A stretch of 64,000 nt of DNA, taken from contig DATJRQ010000004.1 of NCBI GenBank assembly GCA_035504595.1, forward strand, positions 33,613 to 97,612. The letters are read 5' to 3'. This DNA is from Thermoplasmata archaeon (GTDB taxonomy: Archaea; Thermoplasmatota; Thermoplasmata; Lutacidiplasmatales; UBA184). Both the position numbers and the translations under genes were made by a program. The notes beneath the pieces are model-generated. The model was not told the DNA's origin. It worked only from the letters and a program-made list of their open reading frames with translations, and did not search any database. Below, piece by piece: positions 17,069-25,922 of this stretch (the first letter of the stretch is position 1; each line of letters opens with the position of its first letter).

Positions 17069-19375
17069 ATGCGTAGTTCGCTCGTCGTGCTCGCCGTGCT
17101 GGCCGCGGGGCTGGTGGTCGCCTCCGCCGTTGGCCTGGGTCATTCGAATCCCTCGGCGGCGTCCGCGGCCCGGCCCTCCACCGGCCTGTCGACGGACACG
17201 GTCGCCGTACCGGCGGGAGCCGCGACGGTCCCGTTGCCCGCCTCGACCCCGCTCGAGGTGTCCCTGACCCTCGCCTACTCGCACGCGGGAGCCCTCTCGG
17301 CCTATCTCGCGGCGGTGGAGAGTCCCGGGTCCCCGCTGTACCGCGAGTACCTTTCCCACGCAGAGTTTGAGGCGGAGTTCGCGCCGACCGAGTCCGACGT
17401 CCAGTCCGTGCTCTCGGTCCTGTACGGCGAAGGGGCCCGGAACGTGACCGTCTCGCCGGACCGACTGATCGTGTCGGCCGAGCTGACCTCGGCGTCGGTC
17501 GATACCCTGTTCGGCGTCCGGATGGCGTACGTGGAAGGGGCCGAGAGCGGCCGATTGTATACCGCACTCGGCACCCCCACCCTGCCGTCGAGTCTCGCCG
17601 GTCGCGTCACCGGAGTCGATGGCCTCAGCAACGCAGCGGATTATCGACTCTCGTACAACGTGGCCCCCGAGGGGATCGGGCGCGCGCCGGCGGCCCCGGG
17701 GGGCGACCAGTTCGTGGTCAACAACTCCTCGGGAGTACGGTACTTCCCGGGCTCCGACTACACCCAGCTGTTCGGCGCGACCAACCTTCTTCCCGGCCCG
17801 TCGAGCATCGTGAACGCAACGTATCCGGAGCATGTCGCGATCGCCACGCTCCTTGCGAGCGGGTACAACGATTCGGGCTCGACGGTCGTGAACACCCCCC
17901 CGTACGACCCCCGGGCGGTCGAGGCGTACTTCAACGATACGCTCAACCCGGACTGGCCGATATCGAACGTTACCGGCGTGAACCTCACCATCGCGGGCGT
18001 TCCCTCCCCGGCCCCCGGGTATAGTCCGGATTTTGACGACTCGTTGGACTCCATCGAGAACTCGCTCGACCTCGAGATGGCCGGCAGTTTCGCCCCGGGG
18101 GCAGCGCTGTACAACTTCTACTTCGCCGGCTCACTGCTCTACTACGCCGCGACCGACTCCGACGTGGCGGGGTATTTCGTCCAGGACCTCGCGGCGGCGC
18201 TCTCGTACAACTACACCGCCACGGGCGTTCACCTGGGGGCGGTGAGCTGTTCGTTCGGGATCCCCGACCTCAATGAATCCGGTTGGAACGCCGAGCTCGA
18301 GGAAGCCGCGGCGATGGGCGTAACGGTCGTCGCCGCGAGCGGTGACCAGGGGAATGCCCCCGACTCGCTGACGGGCCGGGGCGACGGGCAATGGCCGCTG
18401 TGGCCCGCGACGGCCGCGTTCAACACATCCGGGGCGGTGTCCGTCGGCGGAGTCTCCGTCGAGGTGGGCGGGAGCCCCGCCGGCTGGTTCAACGATACGA
18501 ACTACACGCTGAACGTCTCCTGGGACCCCGACGTCGGACCGCTCACCCAGCTCTCCACGTGGTGGGACACGACGGCCGGTGCGGGGAACTTTGCCGGCTC
18601 GGAAGGAGGCGTGAGCGCCGTGGACGGGGAGCCGAACTGGCAGTTCCACTCCGCTGCGCAGCCGAACATCGTGAACGTCACGATCGACCAGGGGCTGTCG
18701 AATCTCGGCCGCTCCGGCCCGGACATCGCGTTCCCCGCCAACACCACCATCGCCTACGTCTACGCGAACGCCACCGGCGCCGTCTACTACATCATCCTCG
18801 GGGGCACGAGCATCGCGGCCCCCTCGTTCGCGGGGTTCCTGGCGGACGAGATCGCGGTCGCGCACCACGACTTCGGGTTCGTCGACCCGGAGATCTATCG
18901 TATCGCGAGCTACTTCGCCGCCCACCCGGGCCCGAACGACCCGTTCTACGACGTGAAGAACGGCTCGAACTACTTCTTCTCGGCGCTCCCCGGTTGGGAC
19001 GCGACCACCGGTTGGGGTGCGCCGCTCGGCGAACTGTTCTACGAAGCGGACGGCAACTCGGCGATCGCGAACTACACGTACACCGGCCCGACCCCGGGGC
19101 TGCCGGCGGCGGCGCCCCCGCCGGCGATCCCGTGGACGGAGATCGTCGTGATCTTCGGCGTCGGCGTGACGGTCGCGGTGGTGCTCATTCTCTCGATGGC
19201 GCGTACCCCCAAGAATCCCGTCGCACCGCCCCCTCCGACGTACCAGCCGATGCCGCCACCGGCCCCCGGCTCGTTCCCGACCGCACCGCACTCGGGCGCG
19301 ACGTTTCTCTGCCCCTACTGCGGCGCCATCCGGCCGGCGGAGCCGGTCCGCTGCCCGCGCTGCGGCGCGCTCTAG
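17069..19375 (+). CDS. S53 (sedolisin/kumamolisin-like) serine protease, secreted, C-terminally membrane-anchored, with a cytoplasmic zinc ribbon
   Basis: The in-frame ATG 17069 gives the signal-like N-terminus MRSSLVVLAVLAAGLVVASA. A pro-kumamolisin-type propeptide follows (PLYREYLSHAEFEAEFAP). Catalytic motifs are ENSLD (ExxxD) and GGTSIAAP. The C-terminus has a TM helix (IVVIFGVGVTVAVVLIL), a Pro-rich linker and CPYCG..x9..CPRCG. Confidence 0.8.
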   Translation: MRSSLVVLAVLAAGLVVASAVGLGHSNPSAASAARPSTGLSTDTVAVPAGAATVPLPASTPLEVSLTLAYSHAGALSAYLAAVESPGSPLYREYLSHAEFEAEFAPTESDVQSVLSVLYGEGARNVTVSPDRLIVSAELTSASVDTLFGVRMAYVEGAESGRLYTALGTPTLPSSLAGRVTGVDGLSNAADYRLSYNVAPEGIGRAPAAPGGDQFVVNNSSGVRYFPGSDYTQLFGATNLLPGPSSIVNATYPEHVAIATLLASGYNDSGSTVVNTPPYDPRAVEAYFNDTLNPDWPISNVTGVNLTIAGVPSPAPGYSPDFDDSLDSIENSLDLEMAGSFAPGAALYNFYFAGSLLYYAATDSDVAGYFVQDLAAALSYNYTATGVHLGAVSCSFGIPDLNESGWNAELEEAAAMGVTVVAASGDQGNAPDSLTGRGDGQWPLWPATAAFNTSGAVSVGGVSVEVGGSPAGWFNDTNYTLNVSWDPDVGPLTQLSTWWDTTAGAGNFAGSEGGVSAVDGEPNWQFHSAAQPNIVNVTIDQGLSNLGRSGPDIAFPANTTIAYVYANATGAVYYIILGGTSIAAPSFAGFLADEIAVAHHDFGFVDPEIYRIASYFAAHPGPNDPFYDVKNGSNYFFSALPGWDATTGWGAPLGELFYEADGNSAIANYTYTGPTPGLPAAAPPPAIPWTEIVVIFGVGVTVAVVLILSMARTPKNPVAPPPPTYQPMPPPAPGSFPTAPHSGATFLCPYCGAIRPAEPVRCPRCGAL

Positions 19376-20034
19376 AGGTCCGCCGGGGGGTCGGTCGCGT
19401 TCCCGACGACCGGGGGAACGAACGGCTCGAGCGGCTCCGCCTCGGCACCGTCCGGGAGCGGCGGCGGGTCCAGCTGGGCCCCGGCGGGGATCTCGGCGGC
19501 GACCGGGGGCGGCGCCGGTGGCACCCCGAGCTTCTGCTCGAGGAATCGGCGGATCTCCTCCGGTCGGGTCGAGGCGATCCCGAAGTACTCGGCGAATCGC
19601 TTGGTGGTCGAGAGCTCGAGCGTGGATCCTTTCGGGTCCGTGTGGACCAGGCCGAGCCCCCGGAGATGCTGCACCTCCTCGTACGCCGAGTCCCCGATCA
19701 TCCGAACGAGGACGCTCTGCAAGATCGGCTGGTGGTACGCGACCAGCGTGAGGGCCTTGAGCGTCCGGGGCGCCATCTCGACCGGTGTCACGGAGTGGAC
19801 GGCCGGGACGTATCGCTCCTGCAGCTGGAGCGCGTAGCGGTCCCCGACCCGGCGGACCTCGAGCGCCGACTGACGGTTCTCGTACGTCTGCTCGAGCGTG
19901 CGGACCGCTTTCTGGACGGTCCGCGCATCGTCGAGCGCGAGCGCTCCGGAGATCTCCTTCGCGCTGAGCGGTTTTCCGGCGGCGAACAGGACGGCCTCGA
20001 CCTGGAACACCAGGTCATCCAGCTTGGACGGCAT
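19372..20034 (-). CDS. scpB: segregation and condensation protein B
   Basis: N-terminus VEAVLFAAGKPLSAKEI and two winged-helix repeats. It lies directly downstream of scpA and smc. Confidence 0.85.
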   Translation of the reverse strand: MPSKLDDLVFQVEAVLFAAGKPLSAKEISGALALDDARTVQKAVRTLEQTYENRQSALEVRRVGDRYALQLQERYVPAVHSVTPVEMAPRTLKALTLVAYHQPILQSVLVRMIGDSAYEEVQHLRGLGLVHTDPKGSTLELSTTKRFAEYFGIASTRPEEIRRFLEQKLGVPPAPPPVAAEIPAGAQLDPPPLPDGAEAEPLEPFVPPVVGNATDPPADL

Positions 20035-20037
20035 CGT

Positions 20038-20988
20038 TCAACTCTCCTCGACCACGACCCGCCGGACGTCGCTCACGCGGACGAGGAGGACGGGGCTCTG
20101 GCCGAGCTCCTCCTGCGTCAGGTCGACCGACCGCTCGCGCGCCAGGAACAGCGCGGCGAGGAAGATCGCGACCAGCCGGTCGCGGCCGGAGAGCGGGTTC
20201 CACAGGTCGAGGAGGGGGAACGCCTCGCCGATCGGGTGGCGGAGCGCCGCCTCCCACGTATCGGCGAGGTCGTGCTCGGGCAGGTCGCCGTGCACGAGCA
20301 CCTCGGGGGGAGCGCGTTGCTCCTCTCGGAGCCGCTCGCGCAGCTCCTGGACGTGCACGGCGCGGCGGGCGTCCGCTTCGGCCTCGCCGAAGGCGCGGAC
20401 GAGCTCGAGGAGCGATACCGGCCGGGTCTCGGGGTGACGGACCATCTCGAGGAGCGGAGGCGCGTCGGCGGAGCCAAGAACGGCGGACGTAACGTCGACC
20501 GCCTCGGGCGTCTCCATCAGCGGAAGGTACGAATCGTCGATCGGGCTCGCGACGGCGTCGTCCGGTCCCGGTGCCGGGGCGTCCCGGGCCTTGAGCACCG
20601 CCTCGGACTGCAGGTAGAGGATGCTCCATGCCATGTACACCAGGCGGCCGGCGATCGCGAAGTTGACGGCGCCGTCCTCCTGGACGCGCTCGAGGTAGGA
20701 CTGGGTGAACTTGACCAGGTCGATCTCCCACGGGTCGAACTCCTCTTCCATGACGAGCTCGAAGAGGAGCGCCATCGCCTTCTGGAACGGGTCGGGGATG
20801 ACGAGGTGAACCCCTTCCTTGAGGTTCTCGACAAGCGTCAGATACCGCTCGAGCAGCGCGGAGGTGTCCTCGGACTCGCCGAGCAGCGACCGGTGGAACA
20901 CGAGGTAGCGGAGCACCTTTTCGGCCGCCTCGCGCGGGACCGCGTTCGGGGCGGCGAGGTCGGTCGCCTCGGCCTCGGAGATCGTCAC
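20038..20988 (-). CDS. scpA: segregation and condensation protein A (kleisin)
   Basis: Contains FDPWEIDLVKFTQSYLERV...NFAIAGRLVYMAWSIL. GTG start overlapping the smc stop (GTGA). Confidence 0.8.
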   Translation of the reverse strand: MTISEAEATDLAAPNAVPREAAEKVLRYLVFHRSLLGESEDTSALLERYLTLVENLKEGVHLVIPDPFQKAMALLFELVMEEEFDPWEIDLVKFTQSYLERVQEDGAVNFAIAGRLVYMAWSILYLQSEAVLKARDAPAPGPDDAVASPIDDSYLPLMETPEAVDVTSAVLGSADAPPLLEMVRHPETRPVSLLELVRAFGEAEADARRAVHVQELRERLREEQRAPPEVLVHGDLPEHDLADTWEAALRHPIGEAFPLLDLWNPLSGRDRLVAIFLAALFLARERSVDLTQEELGQSPVLLVRVSDVRRVVVEES

Positions 20989-23900
20989 TGCGCCTCCAGG
21001 GCGGGCGGTGCGGGCTCGGGCGCCCGGGCCCCTTCGCGGCTCTCGACATCGTGGATGTCGTCAAGGTGGATCCCGAGGACGCGGGAACATCCGTCCCCGT
21101 GCATCGTCACCCCATACAGATGGCTCGCGAACTTCAGCGTCACCTTGCGGAGGGAGATCACGACGAACTGGGCCCGCTCCGCGTTGTGCCGCAGCATCCG
21201 GCCGACGTACTCGGCGTTCAGCCCGTCCAGCGACATGTCGACCTCGTCGAAGACGTAGAGCGGGCTCGGGTCGTACCGCTGCAACGAGAAGATGAACGCG
21301 AGGCTGGCGAGAGACTTCTCCCCGCCCGAAAGCTGCTCGAGACGGAGGACCGTTTTCCCGACGGGACGCGCCTTGATGAGGAGTCCACCGGCGAGCGGGT
21401 CGGCGGGGTTCTCGAGAGCGATCTCGCCCTCGCCGCCGGCGCTCAGCTCCCCGTAGATCGCCTTGTAGTTCTCGTTGACCTTGACGACGACCTCGGTGAT
21501 CTTCTCGCGCTTCTTTTTCTCGATCTCTTGCACGAGGGCAACGAGCTCGGCCTTTTCGCTCGTCAGCCGCTCGGACTCGCGCGCGAAGTCGTCCAAGCGG
21601 GACTTCTCGCCGTCGTACTCCTCGACCGCGCGGAGGTTCACATCCCCGAGCGCGCCGAGCTGCTGGTCGAGCGTGGCGATCCGGCGCTTCAACTCCTCCA
21701 CCGAGATCGGCTTCTCGTCCGGTTCGGGGTCGGGGTACTGCTTCAGCGCTTCCTCGAGTTCGTGGAACTTCGTTTCCGCGACGGCGAGGCGCGTCTCTTC
21801 CTGCGTGAGCATTGAGCGGCGGGTCTCGAGGTTCGCTTGCGCCTCCCCGAGTTTTCGACTCACCCCGAGCCGCTCCTCTTCGAACCCGTGTTTCTTGGTG
21901 CCGAGTTTCTGCTGCGTCGCGCTCTGCTGGGACTCGACCGCGCGGAGCGCGTCGAGCGACTCTTTCGCTGCGAGGACCGACTTTTCGGTCTGAGCGATCT
22001 CCTTGGACTTCGCCGCGAGCGAGCTCTCGGCATCCTGAAGCTCCTTGCGCCGCGTCTCGAGGTTCGATTTGAGGGCGACCAGGGAGGCGCGGACCGACTC
22101 GAGCTCGCCGTTGACCCGGACGCGCTCTTCGGAGGTCTTCTGCGCCGCTTCCTGGAGGGTCCGCAACTTGGCTCCGAGCGCCTCGGGCAGCTGGCCGAGG
22201 TACTGCTCTTGGGCTTTGGCGATGGCCGCCTTGAGGCCGGCGATCTCCTCGGCGAGCTTCTCGACCGTCGCGCTCGCCGCGGCGAGCTGCGTCTCGGCCT
22301 TCGTCTGCTCCGCCGCCGCCGACTCGATCCGATCGTGGGCCGCCTCGAGCCGAGCACGAGCAGCGCCGAGGTCCTTCTCTAGGATCTGGCGGGACGAGGC
22401 ATGCGACTGGTCCTGGATCGAGCGCTTCGCGAGCTCTTCGCTGACCTCGCGAATTCGCCCGCTGACCTTGAGGAGCGACGCGCGGGCGGCCGCTTCGGCG
22501 CCGCTCTTCTCGCGCAGTTCGTCCCCGACGCGTTTCAACTCGACCGCGCTGTCCGCCCCCCGGCCCCGGGCCGAAGGATCGAGATATCCCCCCGAGATCG
22601 CGCCGGTCGCTTCGATGAGGTCGCCGGACAGCGTGACGAGGCGCACGCCGCCCATCTGGGCGCGTGCGTGCGGAAGGTCGTCCATGACGACCGTCTCGCC
22701 GAACACGTACCAGAACGCGGACCGAAGCGACTCGTCGAACTTGACGAGGTCGATCGCGAAGCCGGTCGCGCCCGCCGCCTTCGAGACGACGAGCGACTTC
22801 CCGTGGGGTCGGCCCGGGAGCATCTTGTTGAGCGGGAGGAACGTTGCGCGGCCCCGCTTCTCTTCGCGAAGGAGCCGGATGCATTCCTCGGCGACCTGGT
22901 CGGACTCGACGACGAGCGCCTGGAAGCGGTTCCCGCCAGCGACCTGCAAGGCCGTCTTCAGCTTGGGCTCGAACTCAGCGAGCTCCTCGACCGTCCCACG
23001 GATCCCCTCGATACGGCCGAGGTTTCGCTGGGAGAGCACGAAGTCGACCGCCGCGAGCTGATTCGGTCGCGCGCCGGACTCGGTGCGCGCCTTCAGGCGG
23101 GCATCCAGGGCCAGATAGCGCCGGTTGAGCTCCGAGACCTCTCGGGTCAGCCGATCGGACTCGGCGGAGAGATTCTTCTCCTGGTTCTTGAGCGAGAACA
23201 GCTCCTTCTGCAGGTCACCGGTCGCGGGCCCCCCACCCCCCTTCGAGGGGGCGGCTTCCCGGATGCGGAGCTCCAGGTCCTTCACCTCGACCTCGCGTTC
23301 TCGGAGGTCGTCCTCAGCCTGCGCCTGGGTCCGTTCGGCCGCCTCGCGCGCCGCGCTCGCGGCCTCGCGGGATTGTACCGCGGACTGCCACGCCTTCTGC
23401 TTCGAATCGGCCTGGCGTTCGAACTCGAGCTGCTGCTTCCGGGCGGCCGCGACCTTTTCTCCGGGTTTCCCGGGCGTGCCCGTCGCCGCCTGGATGTTCC
23501 GGGCATCCTCCTCCGCCCGGTCGGCGAGAGAACTGAGCTGTTTCGCGAGCGACGTCTCCTGCTTTTCCAGCGCGGCGCGCTGGGTCTCGTCGGTCGCGAC
23601 GGAGTTGCCGAGCTCTTCGGATTGCGACCGGAGCTCCTCGAGCCCTTCGCGCAGGTGGCTCAGGCTCTGGTCGAGCCGAGCATACGCCATTCGTTTCTCG
23701 TCGAGCTCCTGCTTGAATTTCACGGCGGCGGCGCCGCCCGCCGTCGCGATCTCGCGGTCGACCGCGTCGATCGCCGCCGACAGTTCGTCCTGGCGAGCGG
23801 TCAGTTCGGTGCGGGCCGCATCGAGCTTCGCGATCTCCTCCCGCACGGTCTCGACCTGTTTGCGGCAGGTCGCGAGCTCCTGCTCCGCCATCCGATGACC

Positions 23901-24614
23901 GGCGCGGGCGAGTCGGGCCTGCGTACGGCGCTGCTCGTCCTGGAGCTGCTTGTACTGGATCGCCTGGAGGCGCTGACCCTCGAGCGAGGCGAGGTGGCTC
24001 TTGATCTCACCGAGCAACGTCTGGATCCGGTCGAGGTTCTGGTCGAGGTCGGTGCGTTTCGTCGCGGCGTGGTCGAGTTCTTCGTCGTACTGGCTGATCC
24101 CGGCAAGGCGCTCGACGAGTCCGCGACGGGGCACCGGCCCCATCGTGACGACCTTGTTCACGTCGCCTTGCTGGACCAGATTGTATCCGTCGCCCGAGAG
24201 GCGCCCGTGCGACAGCAGGGCATCGATCTCGGTCTGCGTCGATCGCTTGCCGTTGACGTAGAAGTACGAGTAGTACCCGTCGGGGTCGCTCGGCGCGAGC
24301 TTCACGTACCGCGTCACCTCGACCTCGGGGGTGTCGACCGGAAGGAGGTGGTCCGAGTTGTCGAAGACCAGCGAAACCTCGCACTCGGTCGCGGCCTTCT
24401 TCGATGAGCCGCCGTTGAAGAAGAGATGGGTCAGGCGCTCCGCCCGCAGCGCTTTCGAACTGGTCGGTCCGAGCACGAACAGGATGGCGTCCGAGATGTT
24501 CGATTTCCCCATCCCGTTGGGGCCGGCAACGCCGGTGAATCCGGGTTGGAAGGGGATCTCGGTCGCGCCGGCGAAGGACTTGAAGTTGCGCACTTTGAGC
24601 CGCTTCAGATACAT
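20985..24614 (-). CDS. smc: chromosome segregation protein SMC
   Basis: 1209 aa. Walker A is GPNGMGKSN, followed by long coiled coils and a hinge. The signature motif is LSGGEKSLASLAF and Walker B is LYVFDEVD. Confidence 0.95.
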   Translation of the reverse strand: MYLKRLKVRNFKSFAGATEIPFQPGFTGVAGPNGMGKSNISDAILFVLGPTSSKALRAERLTHLFFNGGSSKKAATECEVSLVFDNSDHLLPVDTPEVEVTRYVKLAPSDPDGYYSYFYVNGKRSTQTEIDALLSHGRLSGDGYNLVQQGDVNKVVTMGPVPRRGLVERLAGISQYDEELDHAATKRTDLDQNLDRIQTLLGEIKSHLASLEGQRLQAIQYKQLQDEQRRTQARLARAGHRMAEQELATCRKQVETVREEIAKLDAARTELTARQDELSAAIDAVDREIATAGGAAAVKFKQELDEKRMAYARLDQSLSHLREGLEELRSQSEELGNSVATDETQRAALEKQETSLAKQLSSLADRAEEDARNIQAATGTPGKPGEKVAAARKQQLEFERQADSKQKAWQSAVQSREAASAAREAAERTQAQAEDDLREREVEVKDLELRIREAAPSKGGGGPATGDLQKELFSLKNQEKNLSAESDRLTREVSELNRRYLALDARLKARTESGARPNQLAAVDFVLSQRNLGRIEGIRGTVEELAEFEPKLKTALQVAGGNRFQALVVESDQVAEECIRLLREEKRGRATFLPLNKMLPGRPHGKSLVVSKAAGATGFAIDLVKFDESLRSAFWYVFGETVVMDDLPHARAQMGGVRLVTLSGDLIEATGAISGGYLDPSARGRGADSAVELKRVGDELREKSGAEAAARASLLKVSGRIREVSEELAKRSIQDQSHASSRQILEKDLGAARARLEAAHDRIESAAAEQTKAETQLAAASATVEKLAEEIAGLKAAIAKAQEQYLGQLPEALGAKLRTLQEAAQKTSEERVRVNGELESVRASLVALKSNLETRRKELQDAESSLAAKSKEIAQTEKSVLAAKESLDALRAVESQQSATQQKLGTKKHGFEEERLGVSRKLGEAQANLETRRSMLTQEETRLAVAETKFHELEEALKQYPDPEPDEKPISVEELKRRIATLDQQLGALGDVNLRAVEEYDGEKSRLDDFARESERLTSEKAELVALVQEIEKKKREKITEVVVKVNENYKAIYGELSAGGEGEIALENPADPLAGGLLIKARPVGKTVLRLEQLSGGEKSLASLAFIFSLQRYDPSPLYVFDEVDMSLDGLNAEYVGRMLRHNAERAQFVVISLRKVTLKFASHLYGVTMHGDGCSRVLGIHLDDIHDVESREGARAPEPAPPALEAQ

Positions 24615-24715
24615 CGAGCGTTCCTCCTCTCCGGCTGTTCCGTTCCCGTGCCCGTCGCCGACGGCGGCCCGTTTGTCAGACAGTCGTCAGCAGCCTTTCC
24701 CGAGCTCTGTCAGTC

Positions 24716-24723
24716 ATATTTAA
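24716..24723 (-). promoter_or_regulatory. TATA-like box (TTAAATAT on the minus strand) upstream of the smc operon
   Basis: This is the only AT-rich octamer in the 246-bp gap upstream of smc. It is bracketed by the inverted repeat CAGTCGTC (24681-24688) / GACGACTG (24724-24731) and sits about 100 nt from the smc ATG. Confidence 0.4.
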
Positions 24724-24860
24724 GACGACTGTTCGTCGGGAACTGTTCGCGGGCAAACCCCTCGGGAATTCACCGAAGGGGCCGTTTCTCACCCGACCCC
24801 TATCCGCGAACCCAGACGCCGCCGAGGGGTAGCGCCCGCCTCGCGTAGGCGCTTCCGCCC

Positions 24861-25847
24861 TCACATGATTGGGCCGGAAGGAATAGTGACGAACCCGGAT
24901 CGCAAGCTGACCGCCCCCGTGGTCCGATCGATCTGTCCGTGCACTCCGTAGGTCCGTCGCCCCGAACCCTGGTTCACGATGTACCACCACACCTCGAACA
25001 CGGCACCCTTCTCCCTCGCTTCGCCGAAGTGGTAGCTCTCGGCGAGCCATCCGCTCTTGGCCATCGCGGGGACGTACGTCCGCTCGAGCGCCTCCTGGGC
25101 GGAGTGAACCGGACCGGGCCTCGGGGGGACTTTCCCCACATCCAACACCCGATCCGCACCTTCCGAGTCGGACCCGAGCGAAAACCGACGGAATCGGATG
25201 CGGTACCGATCGGGCGTCTCGTTCTCCTCTAGGAGCAGCCACTTCCACGGGTTGGTGCTGGGCAGGACCTCGGAATACCCGAGCGCACGACGACGCGTAC
25301 CGGCCCTCCAGCGCGCGACGCTGCGGAAGACCAGGTAAGCGCCGTAGATTCCCACCAGGATCCATACCGTTTCTTCCCATACTCCGAACGCGACCGTTCC
25401 GTGTTCGAGGACGAGAACAATCAGGGTGCCCGCCGTCATGACCATCGTGACGAGGCTGACGGCGACGTCGGCGTTCAGTCGGAGGGCGCGGCCGGAGAAA
25501 GGAAGAAAGGGCCGGACCGCGTAGTTCGTAAATCCGTCCAGCGCGAGATGCGAAAGTCCCCCGATCTCCATCGCCACAAAGTAGAGCAGCGTCGATGCGG
25601 GCGTGAAGTACGGGAGGTACGGCACCACGAGACTCCCGACCGCCGCGATCAGGGTCACGCCGACCACCGTGTGGACGACCCCGCGATGGTGGAGGGACGG
25701 GAACCAGCGGGTCAGCGGGAACAACAGAATGTCCGCGTCGGGCAACCCGCCCGCCAGTGCCCCCGCCGCGATGTACTGCGGCGCGGCCGGGCCCCATACG
25801 ATGAACGAGAGGAGGTAGGCGAAGATGACGTGGGTGAAGAGATCCAA
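24861..25847 (-). CDS. membrane-bound metal-dependent hydrolase (DUF457/YdjM-like) with a soluble C-terminal extension
   Basis: TTG start. The N-terminus (M)DLFTHVIFAYLL and the His-rich multi-TM core (HHRGVVHT, GGLSHLALD) match the family. The C-terminal ~150 aa are non-membrane. Confidence 0.7.
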   Translation of the reverse strand: MDLFTHVIFAYLLSFIVWGPAAPQYIAAGALAGGLPDADILLFPLTRWFPSLHHRGVVHTVVGVTLIAAVGSLVVPYLPYFTPASTLLYFVAMEIGGLSHLALDGFTNYAVRPFLPFSGRALRLNADVAVSLVTMVMTAGTLIVLVLEHGTVAFGVWEETVWILVGIYGAYLVFRSVARWRAGTRRRALGYSEVLPSTNPWKWLLLEENETPDRYRIRFRRFSLGSDSEGADRVLDVGKVPPRPGPVHSAQEALERTYVPAMAKSGWLAESYHFGEAREKGAVFEVWWYIVNQGSGRRTYGVHGQIDRTTGAVSLRSGFVTIPSGPIM

Positions 25848-25922
25848 CCGGAAGCCTCCCCCCGGCAGCGTCTAGCCGACGTGGGAGATTATGGTGCCCC
25901 TCGAGCGCCACCCGGAGGGCGA

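Noticed and set aside
13232-24407. Other very long track ORFs: 13232..15997 (-), 13534..15276 (+), 18391..21258 (+), 21061..22884 (-), 22401..24407 (+). Elsewhere also 52381..54726 (-), 56303..58078 (-), 56605..58053 (+), 60402..62267 (+) and 48741..49883 (+).
   Set aside because: Each overlaps a gene with unmistakable family motifs (leuS, S53 protease, scpAB, smc, beta-CASP, radical SAM, MFS, gcvPB). All have low-complexity Arg/Pro/Gly-rich translations.
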